NCBI GenBank assembly: GCA_963668555.2
Contig: CAXXIC010000001.1
Location: 1,493,662 to 1,557,661, forward strand
Reading direction: 5' to 3'
Source of the DNA: Bacteroidales bacterium
Lineage (GTDB): Bacteria; Bacteroidota; Bacteroidia; Bacteroidales; UBA7332
DNA: 64,000 nt
In this document: positions 20,780 to 30,085 of the stretch, piece by piece
Layout: each line of letters starts with the position of its first letter
Numbering within the stretch: the stretch's first letter is position 1
Made by a program: the position numbers and the translations under genes
The notes under the pieces: generated by a model
What the model was told of the DNA's origin: nothing
The model's database searches: none
The model's input: only the letters and a program-made list of their open reading frames with translations

Positions 20780-21982
20780 CTACTCTTTACCGTTTCTTTT
20801 CTGAACGTTGTGGTAAATCTTCAGTTGGTTACCCAATATCTTGGTGAATCCTTTTACATCATCGGCAGTCCACGCTTTGTTAACTTCACCATACTCACCG
20901 AAATCGGTTTTCATCAAATCGAAAGTACTATCCACTCCTACCAATACATAGCGATAGGGATAGAGATTTACGATTACCTTTCCGGTTACGTTTTGTTGTG
21001 AGCTTTCGAGGAAAGCTTCCATGTCGCGCATCACCGGTTCGAGGTATTGCGATTCGTGCAGGAACATACCGTACCAGTTACCCAATTGGTCTTTCCAATA
21101 TTGTTGCCATTTGGTCAGCGTATGTTTTTCCAACATTTTGTGCGCGTTGATGATGATCATCGGAGCGGCTGCTTCGAAACCTACACGCCCTTTGATACCG
21201 ATGATGGTATCACCGATATGCATATCACGACCGATGGCATATTTTGATACAATCTCTTCGATTTTTTGAATCGCCTCAACCTTATTGGCAAATTTCGCGC
21301 CGTTAACTCCCGCGATTTCACCTTTTTCAAATTCAAGCACCAAAGTCTCTTCTCCGGTAGCAGTCATTTGCGAAGGATAAGCTTCTTCAGGCAAAGTCTG
21401 TTCTGACTTCAACGTCTCTTTACCTCCGATACTGGTTCCCCACAAACCTTTGTTGATCGAGTATTCCATCTTTTTGAAATCAGCCTCATAACCGTGCTCT
21501 TTCAGGTAGTTGATTTCATATTCGCGGGTCAACACCATATCGCGTGTCGGGGTAAGGATTTTGATATTTGGAGCCAACACTTCGAATGTGAGGTCGAAGC
21601 GAACCTGGTCGTTACCGGCACCGGTAGAACCGTGTGCCACGTAGTCAACGCCGATTTCTTTGGCACAATTGATGATTGCAATCGCCTGGAAGATCCGCTC
21701 TGAACTTACCGAAATGGGATAAGTACCATTGCGAAGCACATTACCATACACCATGTATTTGATGCTCTTTTCGTAATATTCTTGTGTTACGTCGAGCGTA
21801 AAATGTTTTGTAGCTCCAAGAAGATAGGCACGCTCTTCAATCTTTTTCAGCTCTTCAGGACTAAAACCACCCGTGTTGGCAATTGCAGTATAAAGTTCGT
21901 AACCTTTTTCTTCAGTCAGATATTTAGCGCAAAACGAGGTATCAAGTCCTCCGCTAAATGCCAATAATACCTTTTCTTTCAT
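20780..21982 (-). CDS. argG: Argininosuccinate synthase
   Basis: LAFSGGLDTS, HGSTGAGNDQVRF and GIKGRVGFE motifs. Start MKEKVLL at 21982; the track extension lies in a REP element. Confidence 0.97.
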   Translation of the reverse strand: MKEKVLLAFSGGLDTSFCAKYLTEEKGYELYTAIANTGGFSPEELKKIEERAYLLGATKHFTLDVTQEYYEKSIKYMVYGNVLRNGTYPISVSSERIFQAIAIINCAKEIGVDYVAHGSTGAGNDQVRFDLTFEVLAPNIKILTPTRDMVLTREYEINYLKEHGYEADFKKMEYSINKGLWGTSIGGKETLKSEQTLPEEAYPSQMTATGEETLVLEFEKGEIAGVNGAKFANKVEAIQKIEEIVSKYAIGRDMHIGDTIIGIKGRVGFEAAAPMIIINAHKMLEKHTLTKWQQYWKDQLGNWYGMFLHESQYLEPVMRDMEAFLESSQQNVTGKVIVNLYPYRYVLVGVDSTFDLMKTDFGEYGEVNKAWTADDVKGFTKILGNQLKIYHNVQKRNGKE

Positions 21983-22001
21983 CGTTTTTATTTTGTTTAG
22001 G

Positions 22002-22100
22002 AGCCTCCCCCAGCCCCGCCAAGGAGGGGAGAAAGACACGGAGGAATTCTCTCTTTGCTTCTTCCTCCCTCCCTAATGGGGAGGGTCGGGGTGGGGCCGA
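22002..22100. repeat. Pair of GC-rich REP-like hairpins
   Basis: CCTCCCCCAGCCCCGCCAAGGAGGGGAG and CCCTCCCTAATGGGGAGGGTCGGGGTGGGGCC in an otherwise AT-richer intergenic gap. Confidence 0.65.
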
Positions 22101-22115
22101 CTTGTTTATTTCTTA

Positions 22116-22703
22116 TTATTCAATCACAATATCACTGTCAATACCGTCGTAAATATCTCTTTTCTTCTGATCGTTCGGATCGAAGAGCATACCGGTACAC
22201 ATGCAGAAACGTCTGTTTTTGCTTTGCAGAATGGGATAATTCACACAGCTTTGACAACCTTTCCAGAAAGCCTCATCATCAGTGAGTTCTGAATAGGGAA
22301 CAGGACGATAGCCTAATTCCGAGTTGATTTTCATTACAGCTACTCCGGTAGTAAGCCCGAATATTTTGGCATCGGGATAACGCTCGCGGCTGAGATCGAA
22401 AGCTCTCTTCTTGATCGCTTTAGCCAAGCCTTTTCCGCGGAAGTCATCCACAACGATCAGACCTGAATTTGCCACAAATTGTTTATTGCCCCAAGTCTCA
22501 ATGTAGCAAAATCCGGCAAAACGATCCCCTGCGAGTGCAATGATAGCTTTACCCTCGCGCATTTTTTGTTCTATATATTCGTTTGTACGACGTGCAATAC
22601 CTGTTCCGCGTACTTTCGCAGCCGCTTCGATGGTGTCCAAAATAATCTGCACGTAAGGAACGTGGCTTTCGTTAGCCACCATTACTTTAATTTTTTCGTT
22701 CAT
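22116..22703 (-). CDS. GNAT acetyltransferase, probable N-acetylglutamate synthase of the Bacteroidetes arg operon
   Basis: GNAT motif A (VDDFRGKGLAK); position between argR and argG. Confidence 0.8.
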   Translation of the reverse strand: MNEKIKVMVANESHVPYVQIILDTIEAAAKVRGTGIARRTNEYIEQKMREGKAIIALAGDRFAGFCYIETWGNKQFVANSGLIVVDDFRGKGLAKAIKKRAFDLSRERYPDAKIFGLTTGVAVMKINSELGYRPVPYSELTDDEAFWKGCQSCVNYPILQSKNRRFCMCTGMLFDPNDQKKRDIYDGIDSDIVIE

Positions 22704-22752
22704 CTCTATTAACTTGTTACAAGTCCTCTTTATATCAAAAAAATGGACACTT

Positions 22753-23229
22753 TTATTTCAAATTCGGGATAATCATCGCCAGGGTTTCCATGATCTGACG
22801 TCGCGAAATATTTTCACGCGGAACGATCAGGATGGTATCGTCACCAGCCACGGTACCCAGAATAATATGCGGGGCTTTTGCATCTATTTCGTATGCAATG
22901 GCGCTGGCATGTCCCGGACGGGTTTTCATTACGGCCAACTGACCGGAAAACTCAATGGATAAAAATCCTTCGGCCATAAATTCATAATTAGGTGTAGGAC
23001 GTTGTGGCATATCAATAGTCCGTATATTATTGGGCAACATATATATATAAATCCCTGCATAACCGGGATTTTTGCTGATTTTCAACTGTTTCAGATCGCG
23101 CGAAAGCGTAGCCTGCGTCAGATCAAATCCCTCTTCTCGCAGAAAATCGAGTAACATATCCTGATTCTCGATTTCGTTCTGAGCCACAATTCGTCGAATA
23201 GTATTTAACCTCTCAGATTTTACACTCAT
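22753..23229 (-). CDS. argR: Arginine repressor
   Basis: TQATLSRDL wHTH and GTVAGDDTI arginine-binding motif. Confidence 0.96.
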   Translation of the reverse strand: MSVKSERLNTIRRIVAQNEIENQDMLLDFLREEGFDLTQATLSRDLKQLKISKNPGYAGIYIYMLPNNIRTIDMPQRPTPNYEFMAEGFLSIEFSGQLAVMKTRPGHASAIAYEIDAKAPHIILGTVAGDDTILIVPRENISRRQIMETLAMIIPNLK

Positions 23230-23251
23230 ATCGTATATTTATTCGTTTGCG

Positions 23252-23269
23252 ACTGCAAAATTATTCATT
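23252..23269 (-). promoter_or_regulatory. ARG-box-like operator overlapping the -7 element of the arg operon
   Basis: Minus strand AATGAATAATTTTGCAGT resembles TGAAT-N4-ATGCA/ATTCA and contains TAATTTTG. Confidence 0.45.
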
Positions 23270-23359
23270 ATATTCGATATTATGCAGGAGTATAACTGCT
23301 ATTTTTTCAAAAAATAGTACTTTCGCCCCCGATTTCACTCCTTTTATACTTTGACAAAA

Positions 23360-23956
23360 ATGCTACTCCCCTATTTGCAGGAAAACCGGATAGAAGCCGG
23401 GTGTGATGAAGCCGGCAGAGGATGCCTTGCCGGAGCTGTTTTTGCAGCTGCCGTGGTATTGCCCGGAACGTTTCGGTGCGATGCCCTGAACGATTCGAAA
23501 AAGCTGACCGAAAAGATGCGCTACGAATTGCGCCCACTCATTGAGAATGAAGCTATTGCATGGGCTGTAGGGATAGTTCCCCCCGCAGAGATTGACGAGA
23601 TAAATATTCTGAATGCATCATTCCTGGCGATGCATCGGGCTATAGATCAGTTAAAGGTAAAGCCCGAACATTTGCTGATCGACGGTAACCGTTTCAAAGC
23701 TTATCCCGACATACCGCATACTTGTATTGTGAAAGGTGACGGCAAGATGCTTTCGATTGCCGCGGCCTCCGTTTTGGCCAAAACCTACCGCGACGATTAT
23801 ATGATGCAGTTGCATAATGAATACAACCAATATGCATGGGATAAGAATAAGGGTTATCCTACCAAAGCGCATCGCAAAGCGATTGCCGAATATGGCACTA
23901 CCCCATATCATCGAATGACGTTCCAATTGCTGGAACGGCAATTGAGTTTATTTTAG
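23360..23956 (+). CDS. rnhB: Ribonuclease HII
   Basis: [20 protein letters not shown] and AAASVLAK motifs; ATG at 23360. Confidence 0.97.
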   Translation: MLLPYLQENRIEAGCDEAGRGCLAGAVFAAAVVLPGTFRCDALNDSKKLTEKMRYELRPLIENEAIAWAVGIVPPAEIDEINILNASFLAMHRAIDQLKVKPEHLLIDGNRFKAYPDIPHTCIVKGDGKMLSIAAASVLAKTYRDDYMMQLHNEYNQYAWDKNKGYPTKAHRKAIAEYGTTPYHRMTFQLLERQLSLF

Positions 23957-25134
23957 AAGGTCTCTCTACCCCAATCAACAGTAACGGCAAAAGCCATACA
24001 CCTTTCGAAAATCTCATAACTGAGTTCGGGAGGTAGAGCTCCGTTGGTTGCTATATCGGTATTCTCTCTCTGGAAAGATCTTTTATCCGAAATATAGGGT
24101 TGATAGGCTTTGATGAAATGGTGAAAGAGTTCCTCGGGTGGATTTTTCAGCTCATCCGCATCGGATATGCCGATAACCACCTCAACACCGGTTATATTCA
24201 GAAAGCGCTCAGTATATAAAGTCAACTTCTGCATGCTTTCGGGGTTATTGCTTGTAATGTGATAGAATGTTTCAGTAACCGGGTTCTCTATTATCGAGAG
24301 AACGGTTTCCGTAAAATAATCCACAGGAATCAGGTTGATTTCACCCTCATTCGGAATGAAGATGCGGATAGGAAGATGCAGCACGCCGTCCTCATTAATA
24401 CATATGCCAAACTCCGCCGATTTCGTCCCATTATTATTCTTGATATCATCGAGATAAATATCGCGAATATATAACATGGACTTAACGGGGTAGTAAAGCG
24501 CATTGAACCGGAGTGATTTTCCCGTTACAGAATCCCCGTATACAATTGAGGGACGTATGATGGTATATGGAATATCGCTCTCCCGGCACCTTTCGCTTAA
24601 TATTTTCTCAGCACGAGCCTTACTCTCCTCATAAACGTTAGTAAAATGCGCTGAATTCACAGGTGCTTCGTGACAGTCTATATTGTCGGTACCGGCTGCA
24701 TAAGCGGTACTGATATAATGAATACAGCGAGTTCTACTTTTCACTGCAAAATTGAGAATCTCGACAAGGCTCTCTACATTTGAATTCATTACTCTTTCGC
24801 GGTGCTTCTCGGCAAAGCAGGTATCAGATGCACAGTGAATGATACTTAATCCCCTGCTGCATAAATTCGCATATTCATCATCGCCAAACCCCAACTTGTT
24901 TTTTAGAAAATCGGTTTCATAAAACTCAAGCTGTCCCTCTAAATGTTCAATCCCGAACCATTTGAGTAGCTTCCTGATTCTCTCCTTTAGGGATTCTCTA
25001 CCAGAGGGTCGACCCGCAATGACAACGCCTTTACCCTTTAAGAGAAGGCCCGCCATAATATGACTCCCCAGAAAACCTGTCGCACCGGTGAGCAAATACT
25101 TGTCATTATCCCCGGTCAATAACATTCCATTCAT
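23953..25134 (-). CDS. Extended SDR, thioester-reductase/fatty-acyl-reductase-like (NAD_binding_4 type)
   Basis: [19 protein letters not shown] and RPSIVYG motifs; stop overlaps the rnhB stop (23953-23956). Confidence 0.8.
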   Translation of the reverse strand: MNGMLLTGDNDKYLLTGATGFLGSHIMAGLLLKGKGVVIAGRPSGRESLKERIRKLLKWFGIEHLEGQLEFYETDFLKNKLGFGDDEYANLCSRGLSIIHCASDTCFAEKHRERVMNSNVESLVEILNFAVKSRTRCIHYISTAYAAGTDNIDCHEAPVNSAHFTNVYEESKARAEKILSERCRESDIPYTIIRPSIVYGDSVTGKSLRFNALYYPVKSMLYIRDIYLDDIKNNNGTKSAEFGICINEDGVLHLPIRIFIPNEGEINLIPVDYFTETVLSIIENPVTETFYHITSNNPESMQKLTLYTERFLNITGVEVVIGISDADELKNPPEELFHHFIKAYQPYISDKRSFQRENTDIATNGALPPELSYEIFERCMAFAVTVDWGRETF

Positions 25135-25137
25135 AGG

Positions 25138-26988
25138 TCATTTTCTATTAGTTGAATAGAGAAAACTCTCCTTTCGACTGAATCCTTGTGTAAATACATA
25201 CCTTATCCAGGTTACAGTGCCGGTTTCGGCCGAATAGCGTTCGATCATCATTCCGGCCTCCATCATAGCCTGTTGCGTCTTTGTCTTTTCATCCGGATCA
25301 TTATGATCCAAATAGTAGTCATACTCAAACACGCAGCGTTTTCCGTTATCCAGAGGTGTGATAAAGCCGTAATCGTTCTTTAATCCGTGGCTGTCTGCGA
25401 TGCGTTTGAACTCACGGTTAATCTCCGCGATAAGTTGATTGTCGATGGGGAGATAAATGATCATGGCAAGCACATGTTTCTCACGTCCCATTCGCGAGCT
25501 GAGAATCCGGAACATATTGAGCCACACCGGATCGGTCATCTCCGGTCTTGAATAAAGTTTCTCGAAGAAAGGCCGAAGTTCCGGATTAACGTCGCACACA
25601 AGCTGCACCGGCGAAGGTGCAAGCGCCGCCTCGGCAAGATCGGGAAAATGTTTAAGTCCCAGGTACGAGAATGGCTTTTCGTCGCCCAACTCATTCAGGA
25701 GGTCAAGCCATTTGGCCGAAGCCAGAGAAGGCAACCCCAACGTGAGAGTCCTGATCATACGATTGTCGAAGTAGTGATGCCCCATCTCTTTTATCGAACG
25801 GAGCGCATATTTATCCCCGATCACTTGCACCAGGTATTCGATCTTCAGTTTATACCGGAATGTATCCTTCACCTTCGCGGCCAATTTTTTCGTGGGGGAG
25901 AGAAACGTCGATATATACTCTCCGCCCAACACGCCAATGGCTAGTCCTATCCGCCGCATGGCACACTCCCGGGCAAAATCAAGTGCTCCGCCCAACGATT
26001 CGAAGGGTACAAATGCGGCACTTTCATCTGAGGTTACAGCATGCAATCTGATATAGGCCGATGAACAAATCCCCGGCACCTGTGGATCTTCCTTCTTGAA
26101 CGCAAAAAGATTGGGTGCCGATTTATCACTCAGTAGAAATACATTCCCGTCATGTCCTACAAACTCCGCATCGATATAATTATCTGCTGCTGTACCATAG
26201 CTCGCCGAAAAGGTGGAGAATACTCCCGAACACATGATATTGGCACAAATCAGCGCGGAAGGCTCGGCCACATTTACGCGAAATCCACGTTTCACGGCAT
26301 CTTTCTGAAGATCAAAAGCGGAAACGCCAGGTCCGACCTTTACCCACCAGTTTTTTTCATCAAACTCAATGGTCTTCATCCGGCCCAAATCGATCACCGC
26401 ACCTTCACTCATCACAAAACCCATCACACTCGATCCGTTTCCTCTTACGGCATACGGTATTTGATGACTATTCAGCAGTTTAATCACAGCTGATATTTCG
26501 GCAGTGGAATTCGGCATGATCACATAATCAGGCATACGCGGTTCTGCCACCGGGCAGGGATCATGTGAATAGGTAAGTGCAATCACGCGGTCATTGGTTG
26601 CCCAGTACTCTCCCACTAATTCTTTAAGACCGGCGAGGACGCTGTCTTGTTCAGCCGAAAGTACTTCTCCGCCATTTTCCAGGTGAAGTCTCACGTATTC
26701 TTTCAGCGCTTTCATCACAACCGATGGCTTCATCTCTGTCACAAAATAACATTGGTAGTCACATTTGCCGCAAAGGTCACAGCTATCGGCAATCTCTATG
26801 CACTTTTCCGTCACAGGAATCCTATTTTCTACCAAGGCTGCATAGAGATCCATCCTCCCCTGAGGATAAAAACTTACATAATGTTTCTCCGCACCCGATT
26901 TGCATAATCCCGTTCCCAGGAAATCAATCTTACACATGGCATAATGCCGGCAATTTTTTGCTGTTTTCAACACATCATCCATATGCAT
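25138..26988 (-). CDS. FAD-binding (VAO/PCMH-type) oxidoreductase with N-terminal FeS motif
   Basis: CDLCGKCDYQC ferredoxin-type motif; PDYVIMP, VRGNGSS and VKVGPGV FAD-domain motifs; ends 3 nt upstream of the SDR start. Confidence 0.8.
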   Translation of the reverse strand: MHMDDVLKTAKNCRHYAMCKIDFLGTGLCKSGAEKHYVSFYPQGRMDLYAALVENRIPVTEKCIEIADSCDLCGKCDYQCYFVTEMKPSVVMKALKEYVRLHLENGGEVLSAEQDSVLAGLKELVGEYWATNDRVIALTYSHDPCPVAEPRMPDYVIMPNSTAEISAVIKLLNSHQIPYAVRGNGSSVMGFVMSEGAVIDLGRMKTIEFDEKNWWVKVGPGVSAFDLQKDAVKRGFRVNVAEPSALICANIMCSGVFSTFSASYGTAADNYIDAEFVGHDGNVFLLSDKSAPNLFAFKKEDPQVPGICSSAYIRLHAVTSDESAAFVPFESLGGALDFARECAMRRIGLAIGVLGGEYISTFLSPTKKLAAKVKDTFRYKLKIEYLVQVIGDKYALRSIKEMGHHYFDNRMIRTLTLGLPSLASAKWLDLLNELGDEKPFSYLGLKHFPDLAEAALAPSPVQLVCDVNPELRPFFEKLYSRPEMTDPVWLNMFRILSSRMGREKHVLAMIIYLPIDNQLIAEINREFKRIADSHGLKNDYGFITPLDNGKRCVFEYDYYLDHNDPDEKTKTQQAMMEAGMMIERYSAETGTVTWIRYVFTQGFSRKESFLYSTNRK

Positions 26989-27142
26989 ACTTGCTTTTTG
27001 TTTAGTTCACCAAGGATACCACATTACACCTAACATTTTCAGGTTGTACTCTGTTCGTAAATGCCTACTGAAATCCTGAATACAAAAAAGGAGAGCTCTT
27101 ACTTTATTATAGCAACAATAGATTTCGTAATTCTACAAAAAA

Positions 27143-27181
27143 AGCCAGACAAACAGCGTTCTTAATGCTGTTTGTCTGGCT
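27143..27181 (-). terminator. Terminator after the 27220-28182 gene
   Basis: Perfect 15-bp arms AGCCAGACAAACAGC / GCTGTTTGTCTGGCT with an adjacent A run. Confidence 0.85.
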
Positions 27182-27219
27182 CTATAAATGATGAGATAAT
27201 GTTTATAGCTCTGTCCCAC

Positions 27220-28182
27220 TTAGAACAACAACCTGAGTTGTCTTCCTCTGGCCTCTAATTCCTGCTTATACTTCCGGCCTTCCGGCGTTTCCATGGGTTT
27301 ATCATTCTTGAAAAAGCTGATTACCATTGCTATCCGATAAGCCGTAATCACTTCTTCGCCCAGATTATCAATTTTACGGGGCATCTCCAGAATACAATTG
27401 ATGCAGGTACCATTTTTGAACTCTACATCTCCTAACTGAACCAGCGATTTGAACTCCGCCGATTTCATACCAAAGTCCAGGATCTGTCCATTGTAGATTC
27501 CTTTCCAGCTGTAATTGCCGTTTTTTAATACCGGAGAAATAATTTCGATCACCGCATTCTCGTCTACGAGGGTCGGCAATTCATCTGTTTTAAGAATGTA
27601 TCGGGTGAACTCTTTCCGGAGAATTGTATATTCGTTTAATAATGTTTTACCGTCTTTACCCAGCGTCTTCAGACCAATCTTATTTATTTTAAAACAAGCC
27701 AAAAGTGTTTCGTAGAAATTCGATTTGCGGCGGTTGATCTTATTATTGCGATTCAACTGAGAAGCTACATACTGGTTTTCAAGACTCAATTTCTGAATAT
27801 CCTGCATTAGCTTGACCATTTCGGGATCTTCCCGATCTACTTCTGCAAACACTTTGTGAAATAGTCCGTCAACTTTTGCATTCAGGGGAGTACCCAGCAC
27901 AACCAACATCAAGGAAGTGACAAATGATGCCGTAATAGGGGCTCTTTTAGTTTCGGACTTCTTGACTATCTTGAATCGTTGACGAAATCCACCTTTAGTC
28001 AATGCTTCACTTTCAATCCGGATATCAACTTTAAGAATGGAGGAAATCTCTTTCATCAACGCTAAAAATTCTCTCTCACTGTTATTCCGGATGGTGGCAT
28101 CCATGGAATGCGAATTGTCATTAAAAGAATAATGCAACTCGAATTTACCGGAGATCTCTTCTTTACGGGGTTTTATAGACAT
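27220..28182 (-). CDS. Hypothetical protein, 320 aa
   Basis: Long ORF with its own terminator; central hydrophobic helix; beta-rich C-terminal half; no family recognised with certainty. Confidence 0.8.
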   Translation of the reverse strand: MSIKPRKEEISGKFELHYSFNDNSHSMDATIRNNSEREFLALMKEISSILKVDIRIESEALTKGGFRQRFKIVKKSETKRAPITASFVTSLMLVVLGTPLNAKVDGLFHKVFAEVDREDPEMVKLMQDIQKLSLENQYVASQLNRNNKINRRKSNFYETLLACFKINKIGLKTLGKDGKTLLNEYTILRKEFTRYILKTDELPTLVDENAVIEIISPVLKNGNYSWKGIYNGQILDFGMKSAEFKSLVQLGDVEFKNGTCINCILEMPRKIDNLGEEVITAYRIAMVISFFKNDKPMETPEGRKYKQELEARGRQLRLLF

Positions 28183-28406
28183 GCAACTACTGAAAATTGA
28201 GTTTGGGTTAATGGAATATCGGCTATTCTGGATCTATCTCTTGCTATATCAAACGATTGGCGAATCAAAAGAGCTTTACTATTGGCCTTATGAATCGCAA
28301 CAGAACTACGATCCTATCAAATTCAATGCAAATCTATTAATAAATATCTGGAACTCGAATTTTTATTGATAAGTAATGAGAACTAAATAACATCATATCT
28401 TTAAAA

Positions 28407-28508
28407 AGTTATCAACAGCAATCGAACAATTGTTGATAACTATGTTAAACACTACTACTTCTGCATATTACCAAGATATATAGGATTGATAAATGTAAGT
28501 TATAAACA
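28407..28508. repeat. 102-bp dispersed repeat, copy A, with head-to-head AGTTATCAACA/TGTTGATAACT boxes
   Basis: Gap-free alignment to 34501-34602: 34/37 in the palindromic head, 72/102 overall by manual count. Confidence 0.85.
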
Positions 28509-28584
28509 AATAGATCCAGGGCAAACGCATTAAAAATTCAACTATTACTCACTGTACGAATACCCCAGGGCAGCGATAACCCTT

Positions 28585-28616
28585 TTTGTTATTTCTATTC
28601 GGAATAATTATCTTTG
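28585..28616 (+). promoter_or_regulatory. Canonical Bacteroidetes promoter TTTG-N20-TATCTTTG
   Basis: Both -33 and -7 elements are present, 23 nt before ATG 28640. Confidence 0.7.
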
Positions 28617-28639
28617 TGATTATCAAAACATCAACCTCT

Positions 28640-28870
28640 ATGATGCGCGTTGCAGGAATTACTTTCGAAAAAGACTCACAAGGCGAGAATCGCTTTGTGA
28701 AGATCGATCTGAAAAAACAAGCCGAACGAATCAATCCGATATTAGATGAGATGGGCGCGCTCGAAGCTGATGAGTTCGACAAAGACTAGGAAGATAGTAT
28801 TACCGGAGATGAACTGGTAAATAGAGTTTCTGAGAACATAAGAAACTACTACCGGAATGAGCATCGTTAG
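28640..28870 (+). pseudogene. Small antitoxin-like gene interrupted by an in-frame TAG (28787-28789)
   Basis: Frame continues after TAG as EDSITGDELVNRVSENIRNYYRNEHR to a stop that overlaps the next ATG by 14 nt. TAG is one base from TGG (DKDWE). Confidence 0.55.
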
Positions 28871-29032
28871 GTACGATTCCAGGGTATGCATTATATCTGC
28901 ATCCGATCTCCCAAAAGTAAAAGTCGGATTTCAGCTACCTGGTACATTTTCTTACATCATAAGAAGGATCGCTATTTGATCCGCTATATTACCAACAATC
29001 ATGTTGCCGCTCATCATATTCGCGGATTGTAG
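28857..29032 (+). pseudogene. Truncated, frameshifted partner (toxin-like) gene
   Basis: MSIVRYDS start is in one frame; the C-terminal SATWYIFLHHKKDRYLIRYITNNHVAAHHIRGL is in another frame. Confidence 0.5.
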
Positions 29033-29093
29033 TTTTTGATAATTTTTTCAATCTGTCGACCTGCTCAACTTACATCTATATCTCCTCTTAAAT

Positions 29094-29996
29094 ATGTCAA
29101 ATTTAGAATCCCTGCAACGATACCTACTCCTTATTAAAAAAGTAAGAACCACACCGTATTGTACGAAAGCTGAACTTATTCAATACCTGGATGACCAACT
29201 AGATATTAGTAACGACAAGATTCGTGTACCGTCAGATAGAACGTTTGTCCGAATCATCGGCGAAATCAGAAGTTTTCTGGGAATAAGTATAGAATATTGC
29301 CGGAAAAATAGAGGCTACCATATCCCCGTAGACGAAGAACAAAATTCTATTATTGAGAATATTCTTGAACCGCTTGATTTATTATACGCAATGGTTGGTG
29401 TAGAGAGACTCCCGGAATACGTTTTTGTAGAAAAACGACGATCAAGAGGCACCGAGCATATCCCCGCAATCATGCTTGCCATAAAGGAGAATAAATATAT
29501 CTCATTCCTCTATTCAAAATTTCACCCCGAAGTCACCGACGTAAAAGTGATTCAGTCTATTGCACTGAAAGAAAGTCGGGGCAGGTGGTATCTCTTAGGC
29601 TTTGACAAAAGTGGGGATAAACTCAAATCTTACGGTCTCGATAGGATAAGCAATATGGAAATGCTCGGAGGGGTATTCAAACCCAAGGGAAATATCGACA
29701 TATCCGAAAAGTATGAACATTGTTTTGCTATGTTTACAGGTGACTCCGCTCCCGAAAAGATCATTCTTTCGTTTGATGAAAGAGATGGACATTACGTTGA
29801 AACAATGCTAATCCATCCTTCACAGAATTTATACAAACAAAGCGACCGCGTGATTGTGGAGTTGTATATGTGCATCACCCCGGATCTTATTATGGAACTA
29901 ATGTCTCGCAGTTGGTCTTTGACTGTGATCGAACCTCAATCTCTAAAAGATGAAGTGAACAAGATTTATCGTGAAGCACTTGAACGAAACAGTTAA
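29094..29996 (+). CDS. WYL-domain transcriptional regulator (HTH-WYL-WCX)
   Basis: SDRTFVR..EI HTH, LKESRGRWYLLG, SYGLDRI, and C-terminal HPSQ and VIEPQSL motifs. Confidence 0.95.
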   Translation: MSNLESLQRYLLLIKKVRTTPYCTKAELIQYLDDQLDISNDKIRVPSDRTFVRIIGEIRSFLGISIEYCRKNRGYHIPVDEEQNSIIENILEPLDLLYAMVGVERLPEYVFVEKRRSRGTEHIPAIMLAIKENKYISFLYSKFHPEVTDVKVIQSIALKESRGRWYLLGFDKSGDKLKSYGLDRISNMEMLGGVFKPKGNIDISEKYEHCFAMFTGDSAPEKIILSFDERDGHYVETMLIHPSQNLYKQSDRVIVELYMCITPDLIMELMSRSWSLTVIEPQSLKDEVNKIYREALERNS

Positions 29997-30023
29997 ATCC
30001 AACGTTACGTCTTATATTAATAC

Positions 30024-30073
30024 AGAAAGTGGCTGAAAGTCTGGGATAATCCCCAAATATTCAACCACTTTTT
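30024..30073. terminator. Bidirectional hairpin between WYL and Trp-repeat genes
   Basis: AAAGTGGCTGAA...TTCAACCACTTT arms with an inner GGGAT/ATCCC stem. Confidence 0.6.
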
Positions 30074-30085
30074 TAGTTACAATCC

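Noticed and set aside
21983-22039. N-terminal extension of ArgG (MSFSPPWRGWGR)
   Set aside because: It is translation of the REP hairpin.
28181-28369. 62-aa plus-strand ORF
   Set aside because: Its ATG overlaps the start codon of the divergent gene, leaving no promoter space; no motif.
28407-28441. Chromosomal oriC
   Set aside because: Only two boxes per copy, no dnaA/dnaN/mnmG context and no clear DUE. Cannot be supported from this window.
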